From Marihabitans sp. (lineage in GTDB: Bacteria > Actinomycetota > Actinomycetes > Actinomycetales > Dermatophilaceae): a DNA stretch of 39,839 nucleotides. Below are positions 9,710-19,577 of this stretch, piece by piece. The notes beneath the pieces were generated by a model, which did not search any database, was not told the origin of the DNA, and saw nothing but the letters and a program-made list of their open reading frames with translations. Each line of letters opens with the position of its first letter. Position 1 is the stretch's first letter. A program made the translations under genes and the position numbers. The stretch covers positions 1 to 39,839 of the forward strand of contig JBHWMJ010000044.1 of assembly GCA_043423105.1 (NCBI GenBank), given 5' to 3'.

Positions 9710-9764
9710 ACTTCATGTTCGTTCCTAGCGACGAGCACCCATTGCCCGACCCGGAAGGACCCTC

Positions 9765-10700
9765 GTGCCCATCTACGACGACGTCACCCATCTCATCGGC
9801 CGCACGCCGCTGGTGAAGATCAACCGGATCATCGACACCAAGGAGTCCGGCGCGACGGTCGCCGCGAAGCTCGAGTTCTACAACCCGGCGAGCTCGGTCA
9901 AGGACCGCATCGGTGTCTCGATCATCAACGCGGCCGAGGAGTCCGGCGAGCTCCAGCCCGGCGGCACGATCGTCGAGGCCACCTCGGGCAACACCGGCAT
10001 CGCCCTGGCGATGGTGGGCGCCGCCCGCGGGTACAACGTCGTCCTCACGATGCCCGAGACCATGAGCAAGGAGCGCCGCGCGCTGCTCCGCGCCTACGGC
10101 GCCGAGCTCATCCTCACCGAGGGCCCCAAGGGCATGAAGGGCGCCGTCGAGAAGGCCAACGAGATCGCGGCCGAGCGGGGCGGTGTGCTGGCCCGTCAGT
10201 TCGCCAACGAGGCCAACCCGAAGGTGCACCGCGAGACCACCGCCGAGGAGATCTGGGCCGACACCGACGGCCAGGTCGACATCGTCGTCTCGGGCATCGG
10301 CACCGGCGGGACCATCACCGGCGTCGGTCAGGTCCTCAAGGAGCGCAAGCCCGAGGTGAAGATGATCGCGGTCGAGCCGGAGGAGTCCCCGATCCTCAAC
10401 GGCGGCCAGCCCGGCCCCCACAAGATCCAGGGCCTCGGCGCCAACTTCGTCCCGGACATCCTCGACCGCGAGGTCTACGACGAGGTCATCGACATCAACG
10501 CCGAGACCGCTGTCGAGTGGGCCCGCAAGGCCGCCACGGACGAGGGCCTGCTCGTCGGCATCTCCTCGGGGGCGGCCCTCGCCGCCGCCGACCAGGTCGC
10601 GTCGCGCCCGGAGAACGCCGGCAAGACGATCGTCGTCATCATCCCGAGCTTCGGCGAGCGGTACCTCTCGACGATCCTCTTCTCCGACCTGCTCGACTGA
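9765..10700 (+). CDS. cysK: Cysteine synthase A (O-acetylserine sulfhydrylase)
   Basis: [21 protein letters not shown] (PLP Lys), [30 protein letters not shown]. Confidence 0.98.
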   Translation: MPIYDDVTHLIGRTPLVKINRIIDTKESGATVAAKLEFYNPASSVKDRIGVSIINAAEESGELQPGGTIVEATSGNTGIALAMVGAARGYNVVLTMPETMSKERRALLRAYGAELILTEGPKGMKGAVEKANEIAAERGGVLARQFANEANPKVHRETTAEEIWADTDGQVDIVVSGIGTGGTITGVGQVLKERKPEVKMIAVEPEESPILNGGQPGPHKIQGLGANFVPDILDREVYDEVIDINAETAVEWARKAATDEGLLVGISSGAALAAADQVASRPENAGKTIVVIIPSFGERYLSTILFSDLLD

Positions 10701-10706
10701 GCCGTT

Positions 10707-10735
10707 CAGGGGCGGGCGCCGCGCGCCCGCCCCTG
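10707..10735 (+). terminator. Intercistronic GC hairpin between cysK and cysE
   Basis: CAGGGGCGGGCGC / GCGCCCGCCCCTG, 13-bp perfect stem, no U-tract. Confidence 0.55.
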
Positions 10736-10776
10736 GCCCGCACCCTCAGCCCTCCGACCCAGGAGAGACTTCTCCC

Positions 10777-11415
10777 GTGGACCTGCTCGCACCCCCTTCG
10801 CCGATGCCGGAGCACCCGACCCCGTGGATGACCGTCCGTGAGGACGTCGATGCCGCCATGCAGCGCGACCCCGCGGCAACCTCACGGCTCGTCGTCCTGC
10901 TCACCTCGGCGGGGCTGCACGCGATCTGGCTGCACCGGATCGCGCACCGTTGGTGGCAGAAGCGCACGCTGCGCTGGCCGGCCCGGGTCCTCGCCTACGT
11001 CTCCCGGAGCATCACCGGGGTCGAGATCCACCCCGGGGCGCACATCGGTCGACGCTTCTTCATCGACCACGGCATGGGTGTCGTCATCGGTGAGACCTCC
11101 GAGATCGGCGACGACGTCATGCTCTACCACGGGGTCACCCTCGGCGGGACCTCGCACGCGCGCGTGAAGCGCCACCCCACCCTCGGTGACAACGTCCTCG
11201 TCGGCGCCGGGGCCAAGATCCTCGGCCCGATCCACGTCGGCAGCAACGTCAAGGTCGGCGCCAACTCGGTCGTCGTCAAGGACGTCCCGACAGGCGCCGT
11301 CGCGACCGGCGTGCCGGCGGTCTACCGCTTCCCCCAGGTCGAGGCAGAGGCTGTCGCCTCGCGCGAGGTCAACCCGCTCGACCTGCCCTTCCTCGACCCG
11401 GCGATCTTCATCTGA
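10777..11415 (+). CDS. cysE: Serine O-acetyltransferase
   Basis: [43 protein letters not shown] hexapeptide repeats; C-terminal Ile. Confidence 0.97.
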   Translation: MDLLAPPSPMPEHPTPWMTVREDVDAAMQRDPAATSRLVVLLTSAGLHAIWLHRIAHRWWQKRTLRWPARVLAYVSRSITGVEIHPGAHIGRRFFIDHGMGVVIGETSEIGDDVMLYHGVTLGGTSHARVKRHPTLGDNVLVGAGAKILGPIHVGSNVKVGANSVVVKDVPTGAVATGVPAVYRFPQVEAEAVASREVNPLDLPFLDPAIFI

Positions 11416-11461
11416 GCCGACGGGGGCTACCGTGAGCGCAGGCGTCCCCTCGGGGACGACT

Positions 11462-11546
11462 GGCGGGTTCGCATAGTGGCCGAGTGCAGTCGCCTTGAAA
11501 GCGACCAGGGGGAGACCCCTCGTGGGTTCAAATCCCACACCCGCCG
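11462..11546 (+). tRNA. tRNA-Ser(UGA), no encoded CCA
   Basis: Acceptor GGCGGGT/ACCCGCC+G; anticodon arm GTCGC-CTTGAAA-GCGAC; long variable arm; GGTTCAAATCC T arm. Confidence 0.97.
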
Positions 11547-11547
11547 C

Positions 11548-11988
11548 GTGAGCGAGACCGTCGTCGTCCTCAACGGGCCCAACCTCAACCTCCTCGGCGA
11601 GCGCGAGCCGCACATCTACGGCAGCGAGACCCTCGCCGACGTCGAGGCGATGTGTCGTTCTCGGGCGGCCGAGCTCGGCCTGGAGCTGGACTTCCGCCAG
11701 ACCAACCACGAGGGCGTGCTCATCGACGCGATCCACGAGGTGCGCCGGACCGCTGCCGGGGTCGTCATCAACGCCGGCGGGTGGACCCACACCTCGGTCG
11801 CGATCCGCGACGCCCTGAGCAACGTCGTCGGTCAGGTGATCGAGGTGCACATCAGCGACATCCACGCTCGTGAGGAGTTCCGCCACCACTCCTACATCTC
11901 TGACGTCGCCGACGAGGTCATCGTCGGGCGCGGGACGAAGGGGTACGTCGAGGCCGTCGAGCTCATCGGCACCCGCCCGACGCGGTAG
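11548..11988 (+). CDS. aroQ: Type II 3-dehydroquinate dehydratase
   Basis: [61 protein letters not shown] lies 1 nt after the tRNA. Confidence 0.96.
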   Translation: MSETVVVLNGPNLNLLGEREPHIYGSETLADVEAMCRSRAAELGLELDFRQTNHEGVLIDAIHEVRRTAAGVVINAGGWTHTSVAIRDALSNVVGQVIEVHISDIHAREEFRHHSYISDVADEVIVGRGTKGYVEAVELIGTRPTR

Positions 11989-12154
11989 GCGAGCAGGGTT
12001 ACACCAATCCTGATAGCGTCGTGCGCGAGTTGCAGTACGACTGAGCACGTAGCGCCGGCCCGACCTCCAGTTGGGGTCCTGTCGCGGGTAAGGGATCTTG
12101 CAGCTAGTACAAGGGACATCCCGTCCCACGGTTCACACGAAAGAGATTCACCCC

Positions 12155-12358
12155 ATGGCACAGGGCACCGTTAAGTGGTTCAACGCTGAGAAGGGCTTCG
12201 GTTTCATCGCCCAGGACGGCGGCGGCCCCGACGTGTTCGTTCACTACTCCGCCATCGACACCACCGGCTACCGCAGCCTCGAGGAGGCGCAGCGCGTCGA
12301 GTTCGAGGTCACCGAGGGTCCCAAGGGCCCGCAGGCCGACCGCGTGCGCCCCGTCTGA
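12155..12358 (+). CDS. cspA: Cold-shock protein
   Basis: [18 protein letters not shown] (RNP1), DVFVHYSAI (RNP2), 67 aa. Confidence 0.95.
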   Translation: MAQGTVKWFNAEKGFGFIAQDGGGPDVFVHYSAIDTTGYRSLEEAQRVEFEVTEGPKGPQADRVRPV

Positions 12359-12393
12359 GACGAGCCGCACCGCAGCGCACCACCGCAGCACGA

Positions 12394-12425
12394 ACGAAGG
12401 CCCTCGGCTCGCCGGGGGCCTTCGT
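12394..12425 (+). terminator. Intrinsic terminator-like hairpin after the csp gene
   Basis: ACGAAGGCCCTCGGC / GCCGGGGGCCTTCGT. Confidence 0.7.
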
Positions 12426-12532
12426 CGTGCCCGCCTTGAGCTGCCCCTTGTCCCGGCCCCGGATCGCACCAGACCAGGAGTCTCGCGCTACTCCCAGTGG
12501 GGTCCCGGGAGTACGCGGTACCCTGCCCGGCG

Positions 12533-14050
12533 ATGACCGACCCGACCGACCCGAGCGCCGCCGGCGCCAGCTCCGTGGAGAGTGCCGCCTCTCGCCGTGC
12601 TCGCCTGGAGGAACGTCAGCGTCGGCGCGCCGCGCGTCGCCGGCGGATGCGCAGGACAGCGATCGCGGCTGCCTGCGTCGCGGCGCTCGTCGTCGCGATC
12701 TCGATCGCCGCGGTGATGAAGCTCAGCGGCAACATCTCTCGCTTCGACATCGGCGCCGGGTCCGGCTCGCGGCCGGAGAACAGCGGTGGGCCGAAGGGTC
12801 CGCTCAACATCCTCGTCATCGGCTCGGACACCCGGGAGGGGCTCGGGACCGACGAGTACGGGACCGACACCGTCGAGGGCGGCGCCCACTCCGACACCAA
12901 CCTCGTCGTGCACATCTCCGCCGACCGTGAGTCGGCCTTCGTCGTCTCCATCCCACGCGACTCCATGACCATGGCGCCCAAGGACTGCGCAGACCCTGCC
13001 TCGACCGTGACGAACGGCGAGATCCGGCAGTGGAACTACAACTACAACCTCGGTGGCCCGGCGTGCACCGTCAAGACGCTCGAGGGGCTCACCGGTGTCT
13101 ACCTCGACCATGTCGTCGTCATCGACTTCAGCGGCTTCCAGCGCATGGTGGACGCGCTGGGCGGCGTCGAGGTGTGCCTGCCCGAGCCCCTCGTCGACGA
13201 GGACGCCCACGTCGAGCTTCCCGCCGGTCGGCAGAAGCTCGGCGGCAAGGACGCGCTTGGCTACGTCCGGGCTCGCAAGTCCCTCGGGGATGGCTCGGAC
13301 CTGGGGCGGATCAAGCGTCAGCAGGCCTTCATGTCGTCGATGGCGCAGGAGGCGACGAAGAGCTCGCTGCTCCTCCGCCCGGACAAGCTCTACTCCTTCC
13401 TCGATGCGGCCACCCAGTCGATGACCGCCGACGAGGACCTCTCGCTCAACCTCATGCGGCAGATCGCCGGCAGCCTGCGCTCCTTCGGCATCGACAAGCT
13501 GACCTTCGTCACCGTCCCGACCGAGGCCTACCCCGCTGACCCGAACCGGGTGCAGTGGAAGGAGAAGCCGGCTGCGGCGCTGTGGGACGCGGTGCGCAAC
13601 GACACCGCGCTGCCGGGCTCGGAGCCCAAGTCGAAGCCCACCCCGAAGAAGCTCACGGTCTCGCCGGAGGCGATCACTGTCAGCGTCGTCAACGACACCC
13701 CGACCGAGGGGCTGGCCGGCCAGGAGGCGGCCGCCCTCACGGTGCAGGGCTTCCAGGCGGGGGTCGGCGACGTCGCCCCGACGGGCGAGGTCGAGGGTGT
13801 CGAGGTCCGGCACGGCACGGGCTCCGCAGAGGCTGCGCGCACCGTGGCCGCGGCCTACCCGGGCGCGAAGCTCGTCGAGGACGAGACGCTCGGCGAGGCC
13901 ATCCAGCTCGTCCTCGGAGCCGGTGCTCCGACGGCTACCGAGGTTCCGAACCGTCTCGGGACCGACCCGATCCCCGCGCCGAGCCTCTCCGCACCCGCGG
14001 GGGAGGGCGAGCTCGACTCGCGCACCGCGACCGAGGACATCTGCGGCTGA
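12533..14050 (+). CDS. LytR-CpsA-Psr (LCP) family cell-wall glycopolymer transferase with C-terminal LytR_C-like domain
   Basis: Arg-rich N-terminus plus one TM; NILVIGSDTR, SDT, VSIPRD, VDALGGVEV, YVRAR..SDLGRIKRQQAF. Confidence 0.93.
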   Translation: MTDPTDPSAAGASSVESAASRRARLEERQRRRAARRRRMRRTAIAAACVAALVVAISIAAVMKLSGNISRFDIGAGSGSRPENSGGPKGPLNILVIGSDTREGLGTDEYGTDTVEGGAHSDTNLVVHISADRESAFVVSIPRDSMTMAPKDCADPASTVTNGEIRQWNYNYNLGGPACTVKTLEGLTGVYLDHVVVIDFSGFQRMVDALGGVEVCLPEPLVDEDAHVELPAGRQKLGGKDALGYVRARKSLGDGSDLGRIKRQQAFMSSMAQEATKSSLLLRPDKLYSFLDAATQSMTADEDLSLNLMRQIAGSLRSFGIDKLTFVTVPTEAYPADPNRVQWKEKPAAALWDAVRNDTALPGSEPKSKPTPKKLTVSPEAITVSVVNDTPTEGLAGQEAAALTVQGFQAGVGDVAPTGEVEGVEVRHGTGSAEAARTVAAAYPGAKLVEDETLGEAIQLVLGAGAPTATEVPNRLGTDPIPAPSLSAPAGEGELDSRTATEDICG

Positions 14051-14098
14051 CCACTTTGGTGGTCATCGGCCCGGCGGGCTAACCTGTGCGGGTTGTCT

Positions 14099-14188
14099 GG
14101 AGGCGTCGCCTAGTCCGGTCTATGGCGCCGCACTGCTAATGCGGTTTGGGCTAACCGCCCATCGAGGGTTCAAATCCCTCCGCCTCCG
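14099..14188 (+). tRNA. tRNA-Ser(GCU)
   Basis: Acceptor GGAGGCG/CGCCTCC+G; CCGCA-CTGCTAA-TGCGG anticodon arm; long variable arm; upstream TAACCT -10. Confidence 0.97.
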
Positions 14189-14195
14189 CAGCGAG

Positions 14196-14231
14196 CCGAG
14201 GGCCTCGCACCACCTGGTGCGGGGCCCTCGG
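14196..14231. terminator. Hairpin between tRNA-Ser and convergent modC
   Basis: CCGAGGGCCTCGCACC / GGTGCGGGGCCCTCGG. Confidence 0.7.
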
Positions 14232-14239
14232 TCGTCCGG

Positions 14240-15277
14240 TCACGCAGGCTGCACCGCGACGGCGGTGGCCTTGACGGCGATGTGCACCTCGCTCCCGGGG
14301 GCGAGGTGCAGGTCCGCGACGGAGCTCGGCGTGAGATCCGCGAGGACCGTGCCGATCGGCGACGCCACCCTCAGGCGAAGAGCGGATCCGGCCGGCTCGA
14401 CGGCACTCACCCTGCCGGCGAAGGCGTTGCGCGGGCTCCCGCCGCTCGGCGACAGCGACACGGCGACGTCCTCGGGACGGAAGGTCGCGACGGCAGGGTC
14501 CCCTTTCGCCGGGGGGCTGTCGGGCAGCCCGGCGACGGTGCCGCCCTCGGTCACGACCCCGCCAGACCCGTCGGAGCGTCCGGTCACGAGGTTGACCCCG
14601 CTGATCCGGGCGGCGAAGGGGGTCCGCGGCGCTGCGAGCAGGTCGCGGACCGGGCGGTGCTCGACGACCCGCCCGTCGACGAGGACGGCCGTGTCGTCGG
14701 CGAGGAGCACCGCGTCGACGATGTCGTGGGTGACGAGGATCGTCGTGATGTCGGCGAGGATCTCGCCGAGGAGGTGCCTGACCGCGGGGCGTGCGTCGAC
14801 GTCGAGGGCGGCGAGCGGCTCGTCGAGCAGGATCGCCTCCGGTCGCGTGGCGAGGGCCCGGGCGATGGCCACCCGCTGGGCCTGCCCGCCCGAGAGGTCG
14901 GTGGCCCGACGCTGCGCCAGCTGCGCGACGTCGGCCCGCTCCAGCCACTCCTGAGCCTGAGCGCGAGCGGTGCGGCGCGAGGCTCCGGAGGCTCGCGGCC
15001 CGAAGGCGACGTTGTCGAGGACGCTCAGGTGGGGGAGCAGCAGCGGGTCCTGCGAGAGCAGCGGGATCCGCCGCCGGTGCGGTGGTAGCCGGTGGAGGTC
15101 GCGACCGCCCAGCCGCAGGCTGCCAGGGACCTGGCGGGTCCCGGCGACCGCGGCGAGGAGCGTCGACTTGCCGGCACCGTTCGGTCCGAGGAGCGCCAGC
15201 GTGCTGCCTCCGGGGATATCGAGGTCGAGCTCGACATCGCGCTCGACGTCGCGCATCGACACGGTCAGGGCGCTCAT
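14240..15277 (-). CDS. modC: Molybdate ABC transporter ATP-binding subunit with C-terminal TOBE
   Basis: [22 protein letters not shown]; ends VKATAV; ATG at 15277 overlaps the modB stop. Confidence 0.9.
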   Translation of the reverse strand: MSALTVSMRDVERDVELDLDIPGGSTLALLGPNGAGKSTLLAAVAGTRQVPGSLRLGGRDLHRLPPHRRRIPLLSQDPLLLPHLSVLDNVAFGPRASGASRRTARAQAQEWLERADVAQLAQRRATDLSGGQAQRVAIARALATRPEAILLDEPLAALDVDARPAVRHLLGEILADITTILVTHDIVDAVLLADDTAVLVDGRVVEHRPVRDLLAAPRTPFAARISGVNLVTGRSDGSGGVVTEGGTVAGLPDSPPAKGDPAVATFRPEDVAVSLSPSGGSPRNAFAGRVSAVEPAGSALRLRVASPIGTVLADLTPSSVADLHLAPGSEVHIAVKATAVAVQPA

Positions 15278-16056
15278 CGACGCAGGTCCGGTCGGGCCAG
15301 CGCCATGACGACGGCAGCGATGACGACGAGGAGCACCGACAGGGCTACAGCTGCGCGGGGGTCGCTCTCGCGCTGCAGGTAGATCTCTAGCGGCAGGGTG
15401 CGGGTCGTCCCCTGCAGTGAACCGGCGAAGGTCAGCGTCGCCCCGAACTCGCCGAGCGACCGGGCGAAGGCGAGGACCGCGCCGGACACGAGCGCCGGTC
15501 GCACCAGGGGCAGGGTGACCCGGCGCAGGACGGTCGCGGGGGAGGCCCCGAGAGTGGCGGCAACCCCTTCGTGGCGGTCGCCGACGGCGCGCAGCGCGCC
15601 GTCGAGGCTGACGACGAGGAAGGGCATCGAGACGAAGGTCTGGGCGAGGACCACCGCCGCGGTCGAGAAGGCGATGCGCATGCCGAGGGCGTCGAGGGTG
15701 CCGCCGAGCAGCCCCTGGCGCCCAAAGAGGGAGAGCAGGGCGATGCCTGCGACGACGGGGGGCAGGACGAGGGGGAGCAGGACGAGGGTGCGGACGGCGA
15801 CGTTGTCGAAGGCCCGCACGCGGGTCAGGCAGAGGGCGAGCGGCACCCCGAGCACGAGGCACAGGACGGTGGCGGCCGCGGAGGTGCGCAGGCTGAGCCA
15901 GAGCGCGTCGAGCGACGAGGCAGAGGTGAGGAGTGCCGGCAGCTCGCGAGCGTCGACGGAGAGGAGCATCGCGGCGACCGGTGCCGCGACGAGGAACGCG
16001 CCGATGGCCGCCGGGACGATCGCCCAGCGGGGGAGGCGCATCTGGTCAGGGTGCAC
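15274..16056 (-). CDS. modB: Molybdate ABC transporter permease
   Basis: [40 protein letters not shown]. Confidence 0.95.
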   Translation of the reverse strand: MHPDQMRLPRWAIVPAAIGAFLVAAPVAAMLLSVDARELPALLTSASSLDALWLSLRTSAAATVLCLVLGVPLALCLTRVRAFDNVAVRTLVLLPLVLPPVVAGIALLSLFGRQGLLGGTLDALGMRIAFSTAAVVLAQTFVSMPFLVVSLDGALRAVGDRHEGVAATLGASPATVLRRVTLPLVRPALVSGAVLAFARSLGEFGATLTFAGSLQGTTRTLPLEIYLQRESDPRAAVALSVLLVVIAAVVMALARPDLRR

Positions 16057-16888
16057 CGAAGCCCGCTTCGCGGAGGTGCCCGTCTGTGGCGGCGTCGGTC
16101 AGGACGGCGTCGACGTACCGGCGTGCCTGGACGGCCACGTTGCTGTCGGCCAGGACGGCGACGAGATAGCTCGACGCGGTGTTGTCCTCGGCCGGGATGG
16201 CCACCGCCTCGACATCGTCCGAGCCGGCGGCGTCGGTGACGTAGACGATCCCCGCGTCCGCCTCCCCCGAGGCGACCTTGCCGAGGACGTCGGTGACCTT
16301 CGACTCCTCCGAGGCGGGGCGGAGGTGCAGACCCGTCGACCCCAGGATCCGGCTGGTCGCGGCGCCGCACGGCACCTGCGGGGCGCACACGACGACGTCG
16401 AGGTCGTCGCCCATGAGGTCGGTCAGGGTGGTGACCGCGCCGGGATTCCCCGTCGGCACGATGATCGTCATGGTGTTCGTGGCGAAGGCCGTCGGCTCGC
16501 CCTCGACCAGCCCTGCGCTCACCGCCCGCTCCATCGTGGCCTCGTCCGCGGTGAGGAGCACATCGGCCTCCGCGCCCTCACGCAGCTGGGCGACGAGGTC
16601 GGAGGACCCGGCGTAGGAGAGGACGACGTCGACCCCGTCGTGCTGCTGCTCGAAGCCCTCGGCGATCGCGTCCAAGGGCCTCTTCAGGCTGGCCGCGGCG
16701 AAGACCGTGAGCGTCGTCCCCTCGACCGAGCCGCCGTCGACCGAGCCGCCGTCGACCGAGCCGCCGTCGGCTGGGGCGCCGCACGCCGCGAGGCTGAGGA
16801 AGCCCGCGGCGAGGAAGCCCCTCGAGGCTCCGTGCAGGGCCCGGCGCACCCCGAGCCGCATCGAGGTCCGGAGTGGGTCAGGGAGCAT
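16046..16888 (-). CDS. modA: Molybdate-binding lipoprotein (start 16888 or 16861)
   Basis: LAAC lipobox, [31 protein letters not shown]. Confidence 0.95.
   Translation of the reverse strand: MLPDPLRTSMRLGVRRALHGASRGFLAAGFLSLAACGAPADGGSVDGGSVDGGSVEGTTLTVFAAASLKRPLDAIAEGFEQQHDGVDVVLSYAGSSDLVAQLREGAEADVLLTADEATMERAVSAGLVEGEPTAFATNTMTIIVPTGNPGAVTTLTDLMGDDLDVVVCAPQVPCGAATSRILGSTGLHLRPASEESKVTDVLGKVASGEADAGIVYVTDAAGSDDVEAVAIPAEDNTASSYLVAVLADSNVAVQARRYVDAVLTDAATDGHLREAGFGAP
16722..16769. repeat. 15-bp tandem repeat x3.2 (GGSVD/E) in the ModA linker
   Basis: TCGACCGAGCCGCCG at 16722, 16737 and 16752. Confidence 0.95.
16822..16854 (+). repeat. Degenerate copy of 33-bp palindromic element inside the modA signal peptide
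   Basis: TCGAGGCTC-CGTGCAGGGCCCGG-CGCACCCCGA; same ends and same 14-nt spacer as the other copies. Confidence 0.65.
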
Positions 16889-17285
16889 CGCTGATCCGCG
16901 TCTCGACGACGACCTGGGTCGACTTGATGACAGCGACCGCGACGCTCCCGAGCTCGAGCCCGGTCTCGCGGACCGCCTCGGTGCTCATGAGCGAGACGAC
17001 GCGGAAGGGGCCGCACTGGAGCTCGACCTGGGACATCACGGTGTCTGAGGTGATCGCCGTGACGATGCCCACGAGCCGGTTGCGGGCCGAGGTGCTCCGC
17101 CCGAGCGGGTCGGGCAGGGTGCGCGCGCTACTCCGGGCATGGGCCGCGACGGACACCGCGTCGACAGTCCGGCGACCGGCCTCGTCCGACCCTGGGCGCA
17201 GGGTCCCGGCGTCGGCGAGTCGGCGCACGGTGTCGTCGCTGACCCCGAGGAAGTCAGCGGCCTCCTGGATACGTAGGTGCGGCAT
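16878..17285 (-). CDS. HTH (Xis/MerR-like) plus TOBE molybdate-responsive regulator, ModE-like
   Basis: RIQEAADFLGVSDDTVRR HTH; SARNRLVGIV..DTVMSQVE..AVIKSTQV TOBE; first gene of the mod operon. Confidence 0.88.
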   Translation of the reverse strand: MPHLRIQEAADFLGVSDDTVRRLADAGTLRPGSDEAGRRTVDAVSVAAHARSSARTLPDPLGRSTSARNRLVGIVTAITSDTVMSQVELQCGPFRVVSLMSTEAVRETGLELGSVAVAVIKSTQVVVETRISDAP

Positions 17286-17312
17286 AGACGTCATGCTAGC
17301 GCCGCATCTACG
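17272..17312. promoter_or_regulatory. Inverted repeat flanking the -10 box and start codon of the mod operon (candidate operator)
   Basis: CGTAGGTGCGGC-N17-GCCGCATCTACG (11/12 match); minus-strand TAGCAT at 17298-17293 is 7 nt before ATG 17285. Confidence 0.55.
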
Positions 17313-17315
17313 GGT

Positions 17316-18743
17316 TCAGGAGGGGATGTAGACCGCGAAGGTCGTGCGACCAGGCCGGGAGTCGAGGGTCACCCGACCGCCATGCGCCTCGACGACGGAC
17401 TCGACGATGCTCAGCCCGAGCCCGGTCGACCCACCGGCCCGGTTGCGTGCGTCGTCCCCGCGGGTGAAGCGCTCGAAGACCTCGCCCTGGAGCCCCTCAG
17501 GCACGCCGGGGCCGTCATCGGTGACGGCGAGCACAGCCCCATCGGTCTTGTCGCGCAGGCTCGTCGTCACCGTCGTGCCGGGGGGCGTGTGGGTGCGGGC
17601 GTTGGCGAGGAGGTTGACGAGCACCTGCCGCAGCCTCCCTTGGTCGCCGGTGACCTCGACCGGCTCGTCGGGCAGGTCGAGCCGCCACCGGTGGCCGGGG
17701 GCGGCTGCGGTGATGTCACCCACCGCCGTCATCGCGAGGAGGGTGAGGTCGACCGGCTCGCGCTCGAGCGGACGGCCGGCGTCGAGCCGCGCGAGGAGCA
17801 GGAGGTCCTCGACGAGGCCCTGCATCCGGATCGCCTCGGACTCCACCCGTCCGAGGTGGTGCTGGACCGTCGCCGGCACTGGATCGCGCTCGCGTCGAGA
17901 GAGCTCGGCGTAGCCGCGGATCGAGGCGAGCGGCGTGCGCAGCTCGTGACTCGCGTCTGCGACGAACTGGCGCACCCGCGACTCCGAGCGCTGCCGCGCG
18001 TCGAGAGCGCCCTCGACGTTGTCGAGCATCGAGTTGAGCGCGAGGCCGACCTGGCCGACCTCGGTGCGCGGGTCGGCATCCTCCGGAGCGACCCGGGTCG
18101 CGAGCGCCACCTCGCCTTCGTCGAGGCGTAGTCGGCTCACCTCTGTGGCGGTGCCGGCGACCCGGCGAAGGGGACGGAGGTTGCGGCGGACGAGCCAGCC
18201 GCCGAGCAGCGCGGTCCCGGTGAGGCCGAAGAGCGAGGTGGCGGTCAGCACGGTGAGGAGCGTGGCGACCGACGCGTCGGCCTGCTCCATCGGCAGGCCG
18301 GTGACGACGGTCGCTCCCGAGGGGGCCCGGGCGGCGACGAGGCGGTAGGAGCCGATGTCGGGGAGGTCGACCGTTCGCGGGCGCCCGGCGACACCGGCCG
18401 CATCGAGCGACGAGAGCTGCTCGGTCGACAGGGCGAGCTCCTCGCCCCCTTCGACGAGGGACCCGGTGGCCGTGCTGCCGTCGAGGCACGCGAGGAGGGA
18501 CTGCTCACCGCGGCCAGGGCCGCGCTCCCGCTCGCACGAGCTCTCGTAGCCGCCGGGGCCGCGGCCGTCGCCAGCGACGACCCGGAGCTGCTCGGCGAGC
18601 TGGTCGTCGACCTGCTGGGTCAGGGCGTGCCGCATGACGAGGACGGTCGCCGTCCCGGTGACGGCGGTGAGCGCGACGAAGAGGGTGACGACGGAGGCGA
18701 CGAGCTTCGTCGTCAGCGACAGCGACCGCAGGCGCCTCGTCAC
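17316..18743 (-). CDS. tcrY: HAMP-domain sensor histidine kinase, TcrY-like
   Basis: Two TMs, FVADASHELRTPL H-box, NLLANARTHT, DDGPG, GSTGLGLSIV; GTGA overlap with the regulator. Confidence 0.85.
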   Translation of the reverse strand: MTRRLRSLSLTTKLVASVVTLFVALTAVTGTATVLVMRHALTQQVDDQLAEQLRVVAGDGRGPGGYESSCERERGPGRGEQSLLACLDGSTATGSLVEGGEELALSTEQLSSLDAAGVAGRPRTVDLPDIGSYRLVAARAPSGATVVTGLPMEQADASVATLLTVLTATSLFGLTGTALLGGWLVRRNLRPLRRVAGTATEVSRLRLDEGEVALATRVAPEDADPRTEVGQVGLALNSMLDNVEGALDARQRSESRVRQFVADASHELRTPLASIRGYAELSRRERDPVPATVQHHLGRVESEAIRMQGLVEDLLLLARLDAGRPLEREPVDLTLLAMTAVGDITAAAPGHRWRLDLPDEPVEVTGDQGRLRQVLVNLLANARTHTPPGTTVTTSLRDKTDGAVLAVTDDGPGVPEGLQGEVFERFTRGDDARNRAGGSTGLGLSIVESVVEAHGGRVTLDSRPGRTTFAVYIPS

Positions 18744-19492
18744 CGAGGGGTCCCGGCGGAGACGCCGGCGGGCTTGAGGACGTAGCCGGCGCCCCGCATC
18801 GTGTGGATCATCGGGTCGCGGCCGGCGTCGATCTTCTTGCGCAGGTAGGAGATGTAGAGCTCGACGACGTTGGCCTGACCACCGAAGTCGTAGTGCCACA
18901 CCCGGTCGAGGATCTGGGCCTTGGAGAGGACCCGCCGTGGGTTGCGCATGAGGTAGCGCAGCAGCTCGAACTCGGTGGCGGTCAAGACGATCTCCTCGCC
19001 GCCGCGCGTCACCTCGTGGCTGTCCTCGTCGAGCGTGAGGTCACCGACGACGAGCACCGGGCTGCCCTCGGCTGCGCTCACAGCCGTGCGGCGCATGAGC
19101 GCTCGCACCCGGGCGACGACCTCCTCGAGGCTGAAGGGCTTCGTCACGTAGTCATCGCCCCCTGCGGTGAGCCCGGCGACCCGGTCCTCGACCGCGTCCT
19201 TCGCCGTGAGGAAGAGGACGGGCACGCTCTCGTCATGGTCGCGCATCCGCCGCAGCACCTGCAGACCGTCGAAGTCGGGGAGCATCATGTCGAGCACGAC
19301 TGCGTCGGGCTGGAAGTCCTTGGCCTCCCGGACAGCGGCGTTGCCGGTCCCTGCGGTCCGGACCTCCCACCCCTCGTAGCGCATGGCCATCGAGAGCAGC
19401 TCGGTGAGGTTCGACTCGTCGTCGACGACGAGGACCCGGACGGGGGAACCGTCGGGTCGGGTGAGCTTCGGCGTGCCGGCAGGGTGGTTCAT
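18740..19492 (-). CDS. tcrX: OmpR-family response regulator, TcrX-like
   Basis: RPDGSPVRVLVVDDE, MAMRYEGW, LTAKDAVEDRVAGLTAGGDDYVTKPF, NVVELYISYLRKK. Confidence 0.87.
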   Translation of the reverse strand: MNHPAGTPKLTRPDGSPVRVLVVDDESNLTELLSMAMRYEGWEVRTAGTGNAAVREAKDFQPDAVVLDMMLPDFDGLQVLRRMRDHDESVPVLFLTAKDAVEDRVAGLTAGGDDYVTKPFSLEEVVARVRALMRRTAVSAAEGSPVLVVGDLTLDEDSHEVTRGGEEIVLTATEFELLRYLMRNPRRVLSKAQILDRVWHYDFGGQANVVELYISYLRKKIDAGRDPMIHTMRGAGYVLKPAGVSAGTPR

Positions 19493-19577
19493 AGGAGGAG
19501 TAGACACCGAGGCGCAGGGTGCACGCTATGCCGTTGCTGTGACTTCTCTGTGGGCGGTCGGGGGAGGTCTCGCCGGG

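Noticed and set aside
9681..9764. Cys-rich leader peptide attenuator for cysK
   Set aside because: The short ORF MDNGMLEYP has no Cys, and the other upstream frame has no Cys run.
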